From IMG/VR virus record IMGVR_UViG_3300043420_000984, positions 27,487 through 91,486 of that record: a stretch of DNA of 64,000 nucleotides; one strand, given 5' to 3'. The position numbers and the translations under genes were made by a program. The notes beneath the pieces were generated by a model. The model was not told where the DNA came from. It made no database searches and was given only the letters and a program-made list of their open reading frames with translations. The stretch's first letter is position 1. The number at the start of each line of letters is the position of its first letter. The DNA is from a virus. Positions 1 through 11,353 of this stretch are shown here, piece after piece.

Positions 1-3000
1 TACTATGTTGAGAGTGTTGAAGATGCTGGTGTTATTGAAGATACATTCTACGTCTTTAGTTATGAGACACTGCAGCGTAGAATTGCTGGCCAGCAAGATG
101 GTATTTACTACCTAAGCTGCCTACGTGGTAATATTTCTCCATTCCCAACTGGTGCTGGTTCTGGCGGCAACTTCAGAAACTTTAAGTTCTCGCAACCAGT
201 TAGCAAACTATATCCACTAAACTACAAAAACGATCCTCTGTGGTTTAATAAAGCTGGTACAACTCAGGAAGAGAAAGATTATGCTGCAGCATTGATCGAT
301 CCACCGCAAACTTATTCTGCCGCCGATAACTACATTCATGGACTTGTTACAACAAACGATTACAAGAACTCTGTAACTAGAGAACTTGTTGAAGATTTAA
401 TTAACCAACCAGCATTCATTCAGAATACTTATTCTGGAGCAACTGCTATCCAAGCACAGACTGGTAATGCTACTTCTGGTTCAGAAGATCGCCGTATTCC
501 TATTGCTGGTGCTAGTGATGTTTTATCGGATCAGAGATACTATGTTGAACTCCGCAGACCATCGATTGCTCGTGCTGGTAACCACACATTTGAGTATCTT
601 GGTTTCGGTCCAGGTAACTACTCTACAGGTCTTCCTGCGCGTCAGGAGATCGTCTTAAGTCCCACTGAGGACTTCTATGCTCAAAGTAAGAAACAAGACG
701 CTGGTATTGTCTTCTACACTGGTCTAAACTCTAACGGTGACCTCTATATTGGTAACCGTAAGATCAACGCTATTACTGGCGAAGAAACATTCTTAGAATC
801 TGCAGTTCTTGTAGAAAGTGAGGATGATAGTGAAGATATTGGAGCACTTGTAACCACTTTTGATACACCTGTAACATTTAATCAAAATATTACAGTTGTT
901 GGTGGAGATGGGTCACAGCAAAATACATTCCAGTCTCCAATTGTTGTTTCGGTACAAGACAATAATCTTACAGAGCAAAGAGACGCTTTAATTATTCGTT
1001 CTAATGTATCTTCTGTTGATCCAGTAACTGGATTTGAGCAAGATGAAAGTCTTGATAGAACTTCATTTAGACCTCCAACATCTGGTGACATTAAATTAAG
1101 CAAGAACAGAATTCAAGCTGCCGTCTTTGGATTTAATGCTAGAGGAAACGGACAGAGTTATGCAATTCAAACGCATATCACATCTGGAATTCCATCTAAT
1201 GTGACACCTAATAACAATCAACTAATTGCTGATGGTGGCAATAGATTATATACAAATCAGTTTGTTTCTTATGGTGGTGTTGCTCCTTCTGCTGGTGATA
1301 TTTTACTTAAGGGTATTGAAGTTGGAAAATCTGGATCTCTTGGATGGATTTACGCAAATTACTATGAAAAGATTGCAGATCAGAGCATCTTTACTATTGA
1401 ATTTGATGGTTCAAATGTTGTTAAGGTTACATTAGTTGACTTCAATAGTGGTCTAGACATTAAGAATGGAGATCTTGGAATTAATTCTGGATCTCAAATT
1501 AGAATTAGTAATTATCCAGACGCCAGACTAAATCAAATTTGGACTATCTTTAGTCCAAATGGCGATGCGTTTGATCCAAATAATAACTATTTCCATTTCC
1601 AAGTAATTGATCAAATTTCACTATCAACTTTGAATTGGTTGACTGATATTATTTCTCCTGTTCTTCCTGGAGCTCCATCACCAACCATAGAATTTTCCAA
1701 TTCTAGTTGGAAAGAAGTTGGAGTTATTGGTGCAGAAGCAATAAGAACTGAGACTGAAACTATTGGTGATTACAAAGTCGGTATCAATACTATTGCTCGT
1801 ACTCCACATAGTTCTACTCAGAAGGCATTTATCGATGAATATGCTGAGCCAAGAGCAAATCTTGATATTGTAGGTAACGTCTTCATCAGCGGTACTAAGT
1901 TTAACTCATATCTATCTGAAACTACAACAATTAAGACAGAAACAAATGATGATAACGCTCTGATTGTTGGTGGAGATAGTCTTGATCCCGATAGCAAGGC
2001 AACTCTGAGAGTGATGACCACAAATGGTGGTAGATTTGGAATTAATACTGCAGTTGTTGATAATATAAATCCACAGAACGTTCTTGATAAGAACTTAGTT
2101 GTCGTTGGAAATGGTAGAATTACTAGTAACTTCGAAGTCAAAGGAGATTTGGAAGTTAATGGTGGGGATATTACAACAACGTCTAACACGTTTAACTTAG
2201 TCAACAATACTGCAAATATTCTCAATATTGCAGGCGAGGGACAAGTACTTAGCATTGGAAATAATACTGCAGTTGCTCAAAACATTAATATTGGAAATAA
2301 TACTCCTAATCAAGTAGTTCAAATTGGTGGAGCTGCAACAGATACAACTCTTAGAATTCACAGAAATTCTACACAAGCTGTTGTTGATATTGCTAGTGTG
2401 AGGGATACAAACCCTGGAAACACCTGCGAAATTACAATTGGTGGTGCTTGGAGTAATACAGCATCGTTTACTCAAATTGGAACAAGACAAACACTAATTG
2501 CTGGAGACCTTGAGATTGGTACTAAGTTTGCCCCAGGAACAAGTCAAGCAAGAATATTCGCTCAGACAAGAACTGTAAATTTATTTGACGGAGACCAAAC
2601 AAACACTGTAAATCTTGCAACAAATGCAACAGCATTCACTCTTGGATCTACTGGTGGTAGTACTACTATACGAAACACTCTCAATGTTCTTGCTTCTGCT
2701 GTTGTTGAAGCAAATATTATTATTAACGGTGGATTAAATGCTGGAATTATTGAAATTGAGAGAGGTAGATTTGCAACATCTGTTGTTCCACATAATGTAG
2801 GAAGTGTTGAAAATTCTAATATTGACTTTTATCAATATGATGATACTGGAAAGTTAATTGATACTGGTGGTGTTTCTTTCTGGGGTTCTACTGCTTTCTT
2901 ACTTGCTGGTGGTCAAATTGCTGGTATTGATAATATTACAAATGATGGTGGTGAAAATAGAATTCCTGGAACTTATAGTTTTATTAATGCTACTGGTGGT

Positions 3001-4650
3001 ACTGGAAGTGGAGCGACATTTACTGTTTTAATTAGATTTGACAAGACTTTCGAAATTACAATTGAAAGTCCTGGATCTGGTTACACAGATAACGATCTGC
3101 TTACTATCACCAACAATCAACTTGGTGGAGGATCTGGCGGTGGAGATCTGACTTTTGAGATAAATGGAACTAACGATGCTGGCACTAATTACTTCTTGCC
3201 AATTACAACACCATCTCAATTAGATTTCCAAGTTGGTGATCTTTTATTGATTGATAGAGCAAATGAAGCATCTCCTGATATTGTTGGTAGTGGTGGAAAT
3301 GAGGTTACTGGACTTAGAGATGAATCTAAGAGTGAAATTGTTAGGGTTGTTGGACTTGCAAACCTAAGCAATCCTTATGATCCACTTGGTTACAGACTGA
3401 TTGTTTCTAGAGGTCAGGAAGGAACTCAAGTAAGAATAGATCACCCAGATAACTGTGTTATTGCAAGACTGATTAAACAGTCAAATGCAAGCTTTATCAC
3501 TGGTGCTGATTTGGATCTTGATGGAAATCTAGATGTTCCATCTTCTGGTATCAGCAATTCTCCTCTTAATGTTAGAATTGGTGTTGCTGAGTTTGGTGGA
3601 GTAATTACAACTAGAGATTATCTTAGACTTTCTGGATCTGAATTTGTTAGAGTTGCAAGTCTAATTTCTACAACTCCACAATCTTTAATTATTAATGATG
3701 GTGGACTTCCAGCTGCTGAAGTATTTAAAGTTGAATCAACAACAGGTGATACTTATATCTTCGGTGATATTAAATCTGGTTCTGGATTTAACAAGTTCGT
3801 GGTTGATTCCGCAACTGGTAACACAAACATCGCTGGAACTCTAACCACTGAAAATACACTAAAGATCAATGGTTCTACGATTGTAAATACTCAGTTCTTC
3901 ACGATCACAAATGGTGGATCTACTGGAGTTCCATTGAGAACTACTTTCCAAGTTGATACTGCAACTGGAGATCTGACAATTAATGGCGGTAATTTTAACA
4001 TTTTTGGTACAGATGGAACAACACCAAGACTAACATTTAATAATTCTTCTGGTGACTTTACAACATATGGATCATTCTCCGCTCTTGGAACTGGTCCGAG
4101 CACATTTGGTGGCGATATAGTTGTTGCTGGGGATGCTTATATCAATGGTGGTGATTTATCAATCACTTCCGATGATGATGAAATCTTTAGTGTTTCTAAT
4201 GACGGGGCAGTTAAGATTGCTGGAATTAATAATTACTTTACTAGAACTGGTGGTCCTAAGTGGGAGTATATTTCTGATACTACTATTACTGCTCAGGCAA
4301 ATGTAAATTATTTTGTAAATTCTACTGGTAATACTTTATTCAGACTACCACAAAATCCATTAATTGGTGATACAATTCGCATTATAGATATTAGTGGTAA
4401 TCTAACATATAATCTAAGTCTAGTAGTAAGAGCACCAGATAATGTAAGAGTTCAGGGAAGTTCTACAAACACAGCAAGAAGTCTCACTAGTGGAGTTCCA
4501 GTAAATAGCTTTATTGGATATAATGGCGGTGAACTTGTAGTACAAACTCCATATGCTGCTTTTGGTTTAGTATATGCTGGATCTTCAACTCCAGACGGAA
4601 ATCCTGGTGTTCCTTCTGGGTTAACTGGTTGGTATTTAATGGACGTATAA
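1..4650 (+). CDS. Giant virion structural / tail-fibre protein, 5'-truncated
   Basis: Frame 1 is open from base 1 (YYVESVEDAG...) to TAA at 4650. Gly/Thr/Asn-rich with an SPGSGYT motif and a C-terminal 'LPQNPLIGDTIRIID...GWYL' module typical of cyanophage fibres. Confidence 0.8.
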   Translation, partial: YYVESVEDAGVIEDTFYVFSYETLQRRIAGQQDGIYYLSCLRGNISPFPTGAGSGGNFRNFKFSQPVSKLYPLNYKNDPLWFNKAGTTQEEKDYAAALIDPPQTYSAADNYIHGLVTTNDYKNSVTRELVEDLINQPAFIQNTYSGATAIQAQTGNATSGSEDRRIPIAGASDVLSDQRYYVELRRPSIARAGNHTFEYLGFGPGNYSTGLPARQEIVLSPTEDFYAQSKKQDAGIVFYTGLNSNGDLYIGNRKINAITGEETFLESAVLVESEDDSEDIGALVTTFDTPVTFNQNITVVGGDGSQQNTFQSPIVVSVQDNNLTEQRDALIIRSNVSSVDPVTGFEQDESLDRTSFRPPTSGDIKLSKNRIQAAVFGFNARGNGQSYAIQTHITSGIPSNVTPNNNQLIADGGNRLYTNQFVSYGGVAPSAGDILLKGIEVGKSGSLGWIYANYYEKIADQSIFTIEFDGSNVVKVTLVDFNSGLDIKNGDLGINSGSQIRISNYPDARLNQIWTIFSPNGDAFDPNNNYFHFQVIDQISLSTLNWLTDIISPVLPGAPSPTIEFSNSSWKEVGVIGAEAIRTETETIGDYKVGINTIARTPHSSTQKAFIDEYAEPRANLDIVGNVFISGTKFNSYLSETTTIKTETNDDNALIVGGDSLDPDSKATLRVMTTNGGRFGINTAVVDNINPQNVLDKNLVVVGNGRITSNFEVKGDLEVNGGDITTTSNTFNLVNNTANILNIAGEGQVLSIGNNTAVAQNINIGNNTPNQVVQIGGAATDTTLRIHRNSTQAVVDIASVRDTNPGNTCEITIGGAWSNTASFTQIGTRQTLIAGDLEIGTKFAPGTSQARIFAQTRTVNLFDGDQTNTVNLATNATAFTLGSTGGSTTIRNTLNVLASAVVEANIIINGGLNAGIIEIERGRFATSVVPHNVGSVENSNIDFYQYDDTGKLIDTGGVSFWGSTAFLLAGGQIAGIDNITNDGGENRIPGTYSFINATGGTGSGATFTVLIRFDKTFEITIESPGSGYTDNDLLTITNNQLGGGSGGGDLTFEINGTNDAGTNYFLPITTPSQLDFQVGDLLLIDRANEASPDIVGSGGNEVTGLRDESKSEIVRVVGLANLSNPYDPLGYRLIVSRGQEGTQVRIDHPDNCVIARLIKQSNASFITGADLDLDGNLDVPSSGISNSPLNVRIGVAEFGGVITTRDYLRLSGSEFVRVASLISTTPQSLIINDGGLPAAEVFKVESTTGDTYIFGDIKSGSGFNKFVVDSATGNTNIAGTLTTENTLKINGSTIVNTQFFTITNGGSTGVPLRTTFQVDTATGDLTINGGNFNIFGTDGTTPRLTFNNSSGDFTTYGSFSALGTGPSTFGGDIVVAGDAYINGGDLSITSDDDEIFSVSNDGAVKIAGINNYFTRTGGPKWEYISDTTITAQANVNYFVNSTGNTLFRLPQNPLIGDTIRIIDISGNLTYNLSLVVRAPDNVRVQGSSTNTARSLTSGVPVNSFIGYNGGELVVQTPYAAFGLVYAGSSTPDGNPGVPSGLTGWYLMDV

Positions 4651-4654
4651 TCTA

Positions 4655-5869
4655 ATGTTTTATCAAGGTTCTAAAACTGCAAAAGCTGCTGTAATTGGCA
4701 CAATTATGCCTTGGAGTGGACCATTGGGTTCTATACCAGACGGATGGATTATTTGCGATGGTTCTACTAAGGTTGCTAGAAATTATCCACTTTTAGTTCA
4801 AGCAATTGGAGACACTTACAATGCTGGTGCTTCCAATCTTGGCGGATCATTTCCAAACTATAGTGGTGAATTTGTTCTTCCAGATTTAAACAACAGAATG
4901 TTAATGGATATTGAAGAGGAATATTTTGGTGAAGTTGATAATGGTGGAACTGGAAAAGATATAGATATAGATGTTGATGCTAGATCTATTATTTCTCCAT
5001 ATATTGGAGATAATATTGACAATGGAATACCTGTAGTTTACAATAATGTCTATACTGATGTTGTTTTTACATTAAATGATAGAACTGGATATTCGGGAAG
5101 AATACGAGGAAACACAATAATTCCAGGAGATTTTGAAAAAACAATATTTCTTGGTGGTAGAAAATTGGGAACTTCTCATGTTAGAAATCACAGTCACTCT
5201 GGATCATATGAAACCCTTGCAAATGCTGATCCAACAAGACCAGGAGAAGGTGTAGTTCCATATGAAAATGCAACAACAACTTTTACTATTCAGGCTGTGG
5301 ATACCTTTGGTGATTTAGACTCTAGTGATAATGGCAATGAGATCAGATTTACTTACAATTTAAGTCCTGCAAACTGGGGGCAAGTTGAAAATATTAATGG
5401 ATTTGGATCTGGTGTTCCTGGTAGAACTGTTGCTAGAGTTAGAACCGAACTCCCTCCAGCTAATTTAACTCCACAGAGAGTTATGTTTACCCCGATTAAA
5501 GATAATTTGGACAGTCCTCGTCTAGATTCTGGTACTACAATTCCATATGCTCTTGGTGGAAATACACTAACAGTGCCTACGGGATATAGAAATTATTATC
5601 CTGATATTCCAGGTGTTGGCAATTTCGGGACGTTAGTTAGTAATATAGCTGACAATTGGGATAGTCAGAATTTATTGGCTCATAATCATGATCCAATTGA
5701 TGTTCAATTTGATACTGGCAGTCTTAAACCAGCTTCTAGCCTCGTTGGTTCTGTTAATATTCCAGGGACAACAAATTTAGATAATGGAGCAAATGTTGCT
5801 GCATTTCAAATTGATATGAATACTACTCAACCTTCTTTAACATGTGTTTACCTCATAAGAGCATATTAA
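4655..5869 (+). CDS. Tail-collar domain short tail fibre protein
   Basis: IGTIMPW...PDGWIICDG...YPLL...IGDTY...FVLPDL collar motif; HSH/HNH motifs; C-terminal YLIRAY. Confidence 0.8.
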   Translation: MFYQGSKTAKAAVIGTIMPWSGPLGSIPDGWIICDGSTKVARNYPLLVQAIGDTYNAGASNLGGSFPNYSGEFVLPDLNNRMLMDIEEEYFGEVDNGGTGKDIDIDVDARSIISPYIGDNIDNGIPVVYNNVYTDVVFTLNDRTGYSGRIRGNTIIPGDFEKTIFLGGRKLGTSHVRNHSHSGSYETLANADPTRPGEGVVPYENATTTFTIQAVDTFGDLDSSDNGNEIRFTYNLSPANWGQVENINGFGSGVPGRTVARVRTELPPANLTPQRVMFTPIKDNLDSPRLDSGTTIPYALGGNTLTVPTGYRNYYPDIPGVGNFGTLVSNIADNWDSQNLLAHNHDPIDVQFDTGSLKPASSLVGSVNIPGTTNLDNGANVAAFQIDMNTTQPSLTCVYLIRAY

Positions 5870-5878
5870 TTACTAAAA

Positions 5879-6769
5879 ATGGCAAACTACGCAAGAGAAA
5901 AATCTAGATATGGTGGTTGTACTGGATCTATTTTAGTACATTCTACTCCTGGTCTTGGATCTACAAATGATCCTGATTCCGCTGTTTTCAAGGAAAACTT
6001 GCCTGCTGGATATTTAAAATGTGATGGATCTGTACTTAATGCTAAAGATTACTTAGCATTATCTCAAATTCTTGGTGTTGGTGACGCATGTAGATTTGCC
6101 AAGGAGGGAGTAATCTTACGAAATCCAGATGAAAACACTGGAGATCTTGGAAGCTTCCAATTGCCAGATCTTGGATCTAAAGTAATTATTGGTGGTAGAG
6201 CAACTGGAACTTATAATAATGATACGGTAGAAACAGAAGTTATAACAACTGCTAGACCAGTTAATAGAGTTGGGCCTCAGATAGAAGTTATTTCTAATAT
6301 TGGAAATAGAGTTGAGGCTGGTTTTATTGGAAATATGACGCTTTCTGCAAGTGGAGAGATTTTTATGATTGGTTCTCCAAAGTACACTCTTGATAGAAAA
6401 ACTTCTTTGACTAGTTTGGATATTGAATATTTCCAAGGTCACGCACACAACTCATCTCAAAGATATCTAAACTATAGTGCATCACATGAAGTTGGTGGTG
6501 AAGGCGGTAAAGATCGTGGAAGAGCTCTTGCTAACAGTGGATCTGGCAATACTTTTGAAGAAACTGGAGATGGGGGAACTACGTCAATTCATCAACATAA
6601 CATGACACGACCATTTACATATTCTCATGATTTTTCTTATACTTATCCAGAAGTCAATATTGATATGTCTGGTGTTAGTGCATATATTGACGTTAAACTA
6701 TCTGAAGAAAACAAGTTAGATCAATTGGTAACTCCGTTTATACTCGTAGAGTATATCATTAAATTCTAG
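5879..6769 (+). CDS. Tail-collar domain protein
   Basis: PAGYLKCDGS...FQLPDLGSK; HAH/HQH motifs; C-terminal EYIIKF. Confidence 0.8.
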   Translation: MANYAREKSRYGGCTGSILVHSTPGLGSTNDPDSAVFKENLPAGYLKCDGSVLNAKDYLALSQILGVGDACRFAKEGVILRNPDENTGDLGSFQLPDLGSKVIIGGRATGTYNNDTVETEVITTARPVNRVGPQIEVISNIGNRVEAGFIGNMTLSASGEIFMIGSPKYTLDRKTSLTSLDIEYFQGHAHNSSQRYLNYSASHEVGGEGGKDRGRALANSGSGNTFEETGDGGTTSIHQHNMTRPFTYSHDFSYTYPEVNIDMSGVSAYIDVKLSEENKLDQLVTPFILVEYIIKF

Positions 6770-6771
6770 AA

Positions 6772-8487
6772 ATGCCAGTAACTACTAATATTTCTACCAC
6801 TCAAAACTATACAATTCCATCGGACGTTTTTAGTTTAACTATTCGTCTCTGGGGAGCTGGTGGCGGAGGTGAGTTTGTTAACACAAATGCCACTTTAACT
6901 GCTACTGCTGGTAGCAGTGGATCTGCTACTTCATTTATTGGACTTGTTGCTGGTGGTGGACAAGGTGGTGGTGTTGGTGGAAAAAATCAAGGTGGATCTG
7001 GTGGATCTGCCTCTACAACTTATAATTGGGCAACTGAGCATTCGGCAACGGTAAGTTCTAATGATGGTAATTCTGGTTCTATTAGTAGTGGTGGTGCTGG
7101 AAGAACATTAAATTCACTAACAAAAGGCGATGGTGGTAGTGGAACAACTGGTGCTGCAGAATACACCTCTAGCATATATCATGTATTTAATAATGATGCT
7201 AATGTTCATATCGTCACTAATAGTAGTTCAGATATTATAGTTGGATATGAATCTCCAGAGGCTCCAAATAGTCAACCATGTAGTACAAATTATAGCTATA
7301 AACACTATAGAATTACATTTGTATCTCCATTTGTAGATAGTAGTTACAGTATTAGTGTTTATGATATATGTCAGCAAGCTGCGGCTGGTGGAACTGGCGT
7401 ACCAATTACTGTTGCTGGATTTCGAGATAAAACATCTAGCGGATTTCGTATATGGTTTTGTAGAAATGCTAATAGTTATGTCAGATGCTTTTCTTTTACT
7501 GCGTCTGGAATTAAGTCTGGTGCTGCTGGTATGGGTGGTGGTAGTGGAGCTACTATACAAACTACACTAACACGTCAAATGTTTATTAATTCTACTACTT
7601 ATGCTCCTGGTACTGCACATTCTGTTACTATTGGATCTGGGGGTGCTCGCGGAGGAACCACTTCTGTAGCTGGATCTGATGGATATGCCCAAATTTATGC
7701 AATTATTATTCCTAAGGTAACTTTAACTGCTAGTTCATATGCAATAATTGTTGGTCAATCCACAACTCTTAGTTGGAGTACCAGTGGTGATGGTGACACC
7801 ATTACATGGACATCTGAAAATATTAATAATACTAATTTGACAAGTAGTGTTAGCGTTTCCCCACAAGAAACCACAACATATACTGCCGTTGCCTCTGGAT
7901 TGGGTGGATCATCTGCTCCAGCTAGTGTTACTATTGTTGTATATCAAGTTCCTACCGCTTCCATTACCGTTCCAGAAACTTTGAATTACGGTGAAGATGC
8001 TATAATATCATATACTACGAAATATGCAGATAGTAGTATTTTACTAAGACCATATTACACATATTTAAATGAAGATACTGAGGTTGCTGGAGACCCAATT
8101 TCTTTACCCAAAGCTACAAGTGCAGAAAATGGAAAACTAGATTCTGAAATTGTCAGGGAGAATAATTCTCTTACTGTCAGTATTCCATATAATGATTATG
8201 GACCTACTAGTGTAACATATGTTCTAGAAGCAAGCGGGTCTGGAGGATTTGTGAGTGTAGAACAATCGATTGATATTGTAATAGATCAATATCCTGAAAA
8301 TATTATTATTCCAGAAAAGGAAGATGCTTTTAAAAATCAAGATCCAGTATTTACTCCCGAAACCGAAGTTTTATCAGAATTGTTATTAATAAATGACATA
8401 GATATTCCAGTTGAAATTAAATCAAATTATCCAATTCAAGTTGATATCAATGGGCAAAGTGACTGGCAAAATTTGCGAGAAATCTGA
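6772..8487 (+). CDS. Gly-rich virion/fibre protein with Ig-like domain (paralogue 1)
   Basis: WGAGGGG Gly-rich N-terminus, Ig-like 'TTLSWS...TTYT' domain, C-terminal 'IDQYPENIIIPE...W..LR.I' domain shared with the next two ORFs. Confidence 0.7.
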   Translation: MPVTTNISTTQNYTIPSDVFSLTIRLWGAGGGGEFVNTNATLTATAGSSGSATSFIGLVAGGGQGGGVGGKNQGGSGGSASTTYNWATEHSATVSSNDGNSGSISSGGAGRTLNSLTKGDGGSGTTGAAEYTSSIYHVFNNDANVHIVTNSSSDIIVGYESPEAPNSQPCSTNYSYKHYRITFVSPFVDSSYSISVYDICQQAAAGGTGVPITVAGFRDKTSSGFRIWFCRNANSYVRCFSFTASGIKSGAAGMGGGSGATIQTTLTRQMFINSTTYAPGTAHSVTIGSGGARGGTTSVAGSDGYAQIYAIIIPKVTLTASSYAIIVGQSTTLSWSTSGDGDTITWTSENINNTNLTSSVSVSPQETTTYTAVASGLGGSSAPASVTIVVYQVPTASITVPETLNYGEDAIISYTTKYADSSILLRPYYTYLNEDTEVAGDPISLPKATSAENGKLDSEIVRENNSLTVSIPYNDYGPTSVTYVLEASGSGGFVSVEQSIDIVIDQYPENIIIPEKEDAFKNQDPVFTPETEVLSELLLINDIDIPVEIKSNYPIQVDINGQSDWQNLREI

Positions 8488-8500
8488 GAGGTAAAAAGTA

Positions 8501-9919
8501 ATGCCATATGTAGACTCTTACTATTATTCATTTGGTGGTACTCAGTGTGTTCAAATTAAAGCTTGGAGATGCTGTGGTGGTGGAGATGCTAATGATACCA
8601 CTAGAAATTCAATAACTAGTGCATATTTTTCTTTGTTTGGCAGGTATGGTGAGTTAGCTGGTGTAGAGGGTTATGTATCAACGTGGGTATACAACAATGG
8701 ACCAGCACTCTATGGCACCATTACTGAAATGGTCAGAAGAGGTGGGGATCGGAATGCAAGTCCCCCTGGTAGTGGTGAATGGAATGACGTTCAATCCAGA
8801 GGCAGGCATGTCTGGGGTGGAGCTGGTAGTTGCCCAGTTCTTGGATGTACGGATCCAGCAGCAACAAATTATAACCGAAACGCAACCCAGGACAATGGAT
8901 CTTGCACTTATCCTGCTCCAACGGTTAGTATATCGGTAAATCCATCTTCTATAATTAGGGGTAATTCATCTACGTTATCTTGGTCTGCTAGTGGAGTTGT
9001 TAGTAGCGTTACTGTAACTGATGTTTCTTCTCCATCGAATTCTGGATCTAGATCTGTATCCCCGCCAGATGATAAAACTTATTTTATAACAGCATCTGGT
9101 TCTGGAGGATCTAGTACCGCAAGCACTACTCTTGTAGTTTATATTCCTCCAGTAATAACTCTATCTTTAAACAAGACTTCAATTATTGCTGGTCAATGTA
9201 CCACTCTTAGTTGGTCTACTACTGGAGATGCAAGCAGTATTCAATGGAACTCTCAAAATGTAAATAACTTTAATCTTACCAGCAATACAACTGTTTGTCC
9301 TACAGATACAACAACATATACAGCAACAGTTAGTGGTCTTGGTGGTACAGATAATGATACAATAACCCTGACAGTAAATCAAATACCAACGTTGTCTTTA
9401 ACAACACCCGAATCATTAGATTATGGGAATACTGGTTCTTTTTCTTATGAATCTCAATATGTAGATATTAGTTTAAATTTAAAAATATATTATAGGTATG
9501 CATCCGAAACAGTTTTAGTTACAGACTTAGACTTGCCTACTGCATCATCAACTCAACTAAGTGCTTTAGATAGCGCAACAAAAAGATCTGGAACTATAGA
9601 TTTAAATATGGAATATAATGATTTTGGTCCTAGATATGTTGATGTAGTATTGACAGCTAATGCAAGTGGCGGAAATGCAACTGTTTCGAAAGAAATTGTT
9701 ATCAATATTGATGAGAGACCAGAAAATATTATTGTTCCAGAAAAAGATGATGCAATTAAAGCTGAAAATCCAGTATTTGCCCCCGAGACAGAAATTCTAT
9801 CTGAATTGTTATTAATAAGTGATATAGACATTCCAGTTGAAATTAAATCAAATTCTCCAATCCAAGTTGATATCAATGGGCAAAATAACTGGCAAAATTT
9901 AAGACAAATAATTGATTGA
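8501..9919 (+). CDS. Virion/fibre protein with Ig-like repeats (paralogue 2)
   Basis: GCTDPAATNY...DNGSCTY motif, two Ig-like domains, shared C-terminal domain. Confidence 0.7.
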   Translation: MPYVDSYYYSFGGTQCVQIKAWRCCGGGDANDTTRNSITSAYFSLFGRYGELAGVEGYVSTWVYNNGPALYGTITEMVRRGGDRNASPPGSGEWNDVQSRGRHVWGGAGSCPVLGCTDPAATNYNRNATQDNGSCTYPAPTVSISVNPSSIIRGNSSTLSWSASGVVSSVTVTDVSSPSNSGSRSVSPPDDKTYFITASGSGGSSTASTTLVVYIPPVITLSLNKTSIIAGQCTTLSWSTTGDASSIQWNSQNVNNFNLTSNTTVCPTDTTTYTATVSGLGGTDNDTITLTVNQIPTLSLTTPESLDYGNTGSFSYESQYVDISLNLKIYYRYASETVLVTDLDLPTASSTQLSALDSATKRSGTIDLNMEYNDFGPRYVDVVLTANASGGNATVSKEIVINIDERPENIIVPEKDDAIKAENPVFAPETEILSELLLISDIDIPVEIKSNSPIQVDINGQNNWQNLRQIID

Positions 9920-9930
9920 GGAAAATATAA

Positions 9931-11340
9931 ATGGCAATCATCTATACCAGTAGAGATCTTCCTGGGACTTATAGTGGATATACTAATACTAATTGGGGTT
10001 TTCTTATGAACTCTTATGCCGTTAGATTTACTCCTGGTGCTGGTGGTCAGGGTGGTGGAGCTTTTGAGGGAGTAACGCATTATTTTGGTGTTAGTGTATA
10101 TTTTCCAAATAGTGGAAATTACACAGTAAGGGCATCTGCTGATAACTTTGGAAGTTTAAGTGTTGCTGGCCAGAGTTGTGCAGTATCTGGACTTGCTAGT
10201 GATTCTTCAACTACACTTTACATAAACAGAGGGACTCATACTGTAAGTGGTAGTGTATATAATTCTTTTCATGGACCTAGCTATGCTACCAATCCTTATG
10301 GTATTGCTTTTACTATTGATGCGCCTCCTCCACCACCAGCACCAACAGTTAGTATTTCTGCTAGTCCATCGGCTATTATTCGGGGGAACTGTGTAACTCT
10401 TACATATTCTTCTTCTGGTGTAAATTTAAGTAGTGCTAGTCTTACTGATGTTAGTGATCCAGGATTTAGTGGGTCAGCAACAGTTTGTCCAAATAGTACT
10501 AGATCATATTCTTATGAAGTTTGTGGTGAGGGTGGTTGTACGACAAGAACAGCAACAGTTACTGTTTATATACCTCCAGTAGTTACTCTATCTTTAAACA
10601 AGACTTCAATTATTGCTGGTCAATGCACCACTCTTAGTTGGTATACGACTGGAGATGCCGATACTATACAGTGGATTTCTGGTTCTATTGATAATCTTAA
10701 TCTTACCAGCAATACAACTGTTTGTCCTGCAGATACAACAACATATACAGCAAAAGTTAGTGGTACTGGTGGTGAAGATACTGATTCCATTACAATAGTC
10801 GTAAATCAGGTCCCAACATTATCTTTTACTTTACCAGATACCATTAATTATGGAGACTCTTTATCTTTCTCATACGAAAGCCAGTATTCTAATACTTTGC
10901 TTGGATATACTGTTTCTTATGTTTATACAGACGATACTACATTTTTAGCAGATGAGATTGATCTTCCAAATCCTTCTTCTAGTGAGTTAAATGGCACAAA
11001 TACTTATGTATCTGGCACTACAACCGCAAATATTTCTTATAACGATTTTGGCCCTAAATTTATTGATATTGTTGTGACTGCCGCTGGAGGAGGCGGTCAA
11101 GTTACTCGAAGTGGAAGAGTTGAGGTTATAATAGATCAATATCCTGAAAATATTATTATTCCAGAAACAGAAGATGTAATCAAAAATCAAGATCCAGTAT
11201 TTACTCCCGAAACCGAAGTTTTATCAGAATTGTTATTAATAAATGACATAGATATTCCAGTTGAAATAAAATCAAATTATCCAATTCAAGTGGATATTAA
11301 CGGACAAGATGACTGGAAAGATGTCAGGCAGATAACTTAA
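9931..11340 (+). CDS. Virion/fibre protein with Ig-like repeats (paralogue 3)
   Basis: Distinct N-terminal domain, poly-Pro linker, two Ig-like domains, shared C-terminal domain. Confidence 0.7.
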   Translation: MAIIYTSRDLPGTYSGYTNTNWGFLMNSYAVRFTPGAGGQGGGAFEGVTHYFGVSVYFPNSGNYTVRASADNFGSLSVAGQSCAVSGLASDSSTTLYINRGTHTVSGSVYNSFHGPSYATNPYGIAFTIDAPPPPPAPTVSISASPSAIIRGNCVTLTYSSSGVNLSSASLTDVSDPGFSGSATVCPNSTRSYSYEVCGEGGCTTRTATVTVYIPPVVTLSLNKTSIIAGQCTTLSWYTTGDADTIQWISGSIDNLNLTSNTTVCPADTTTYTAKVSGTGGEDTDSITIVVNQVPTLSFTLPDTINYGDSLSFSYESQYSNTLLGYTVSYVYTDDTTFLADEIDLPNPSSSELNGTNTYVSGTTTANISYNDFGPKFIDIVVTAAGGGGQVTRSGRVEVIIDQYPENIIIPETEDVIKNQDPVFTPETEVLSELLLINDIDIPVEIKSNYPIQVDINGQDDWKDVRQIT

Positions 11341-11346
11341 TGTGAG

Positions 11347-11353
11347 ATAAATA
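11347..11353 (+). promoter_or_regulatory. T4-type late promoter (ATAAATA)
   Basis: Intergenic ATAAATA about 30 nt upstream of the 11383 structural gene. Confidence 0.65.

Noticed and set aside
292-4650. TTG at 292 as the gene start
   Set aside because: The frame is open from base 1, so the gene begins upstream of the window.
8281-11290. Diversity-generating retroelement template/variable repeat pair
   Set aside because: Both copies are coding, the differences are not adenine-specific, and no reverse transcriptase is in the window.
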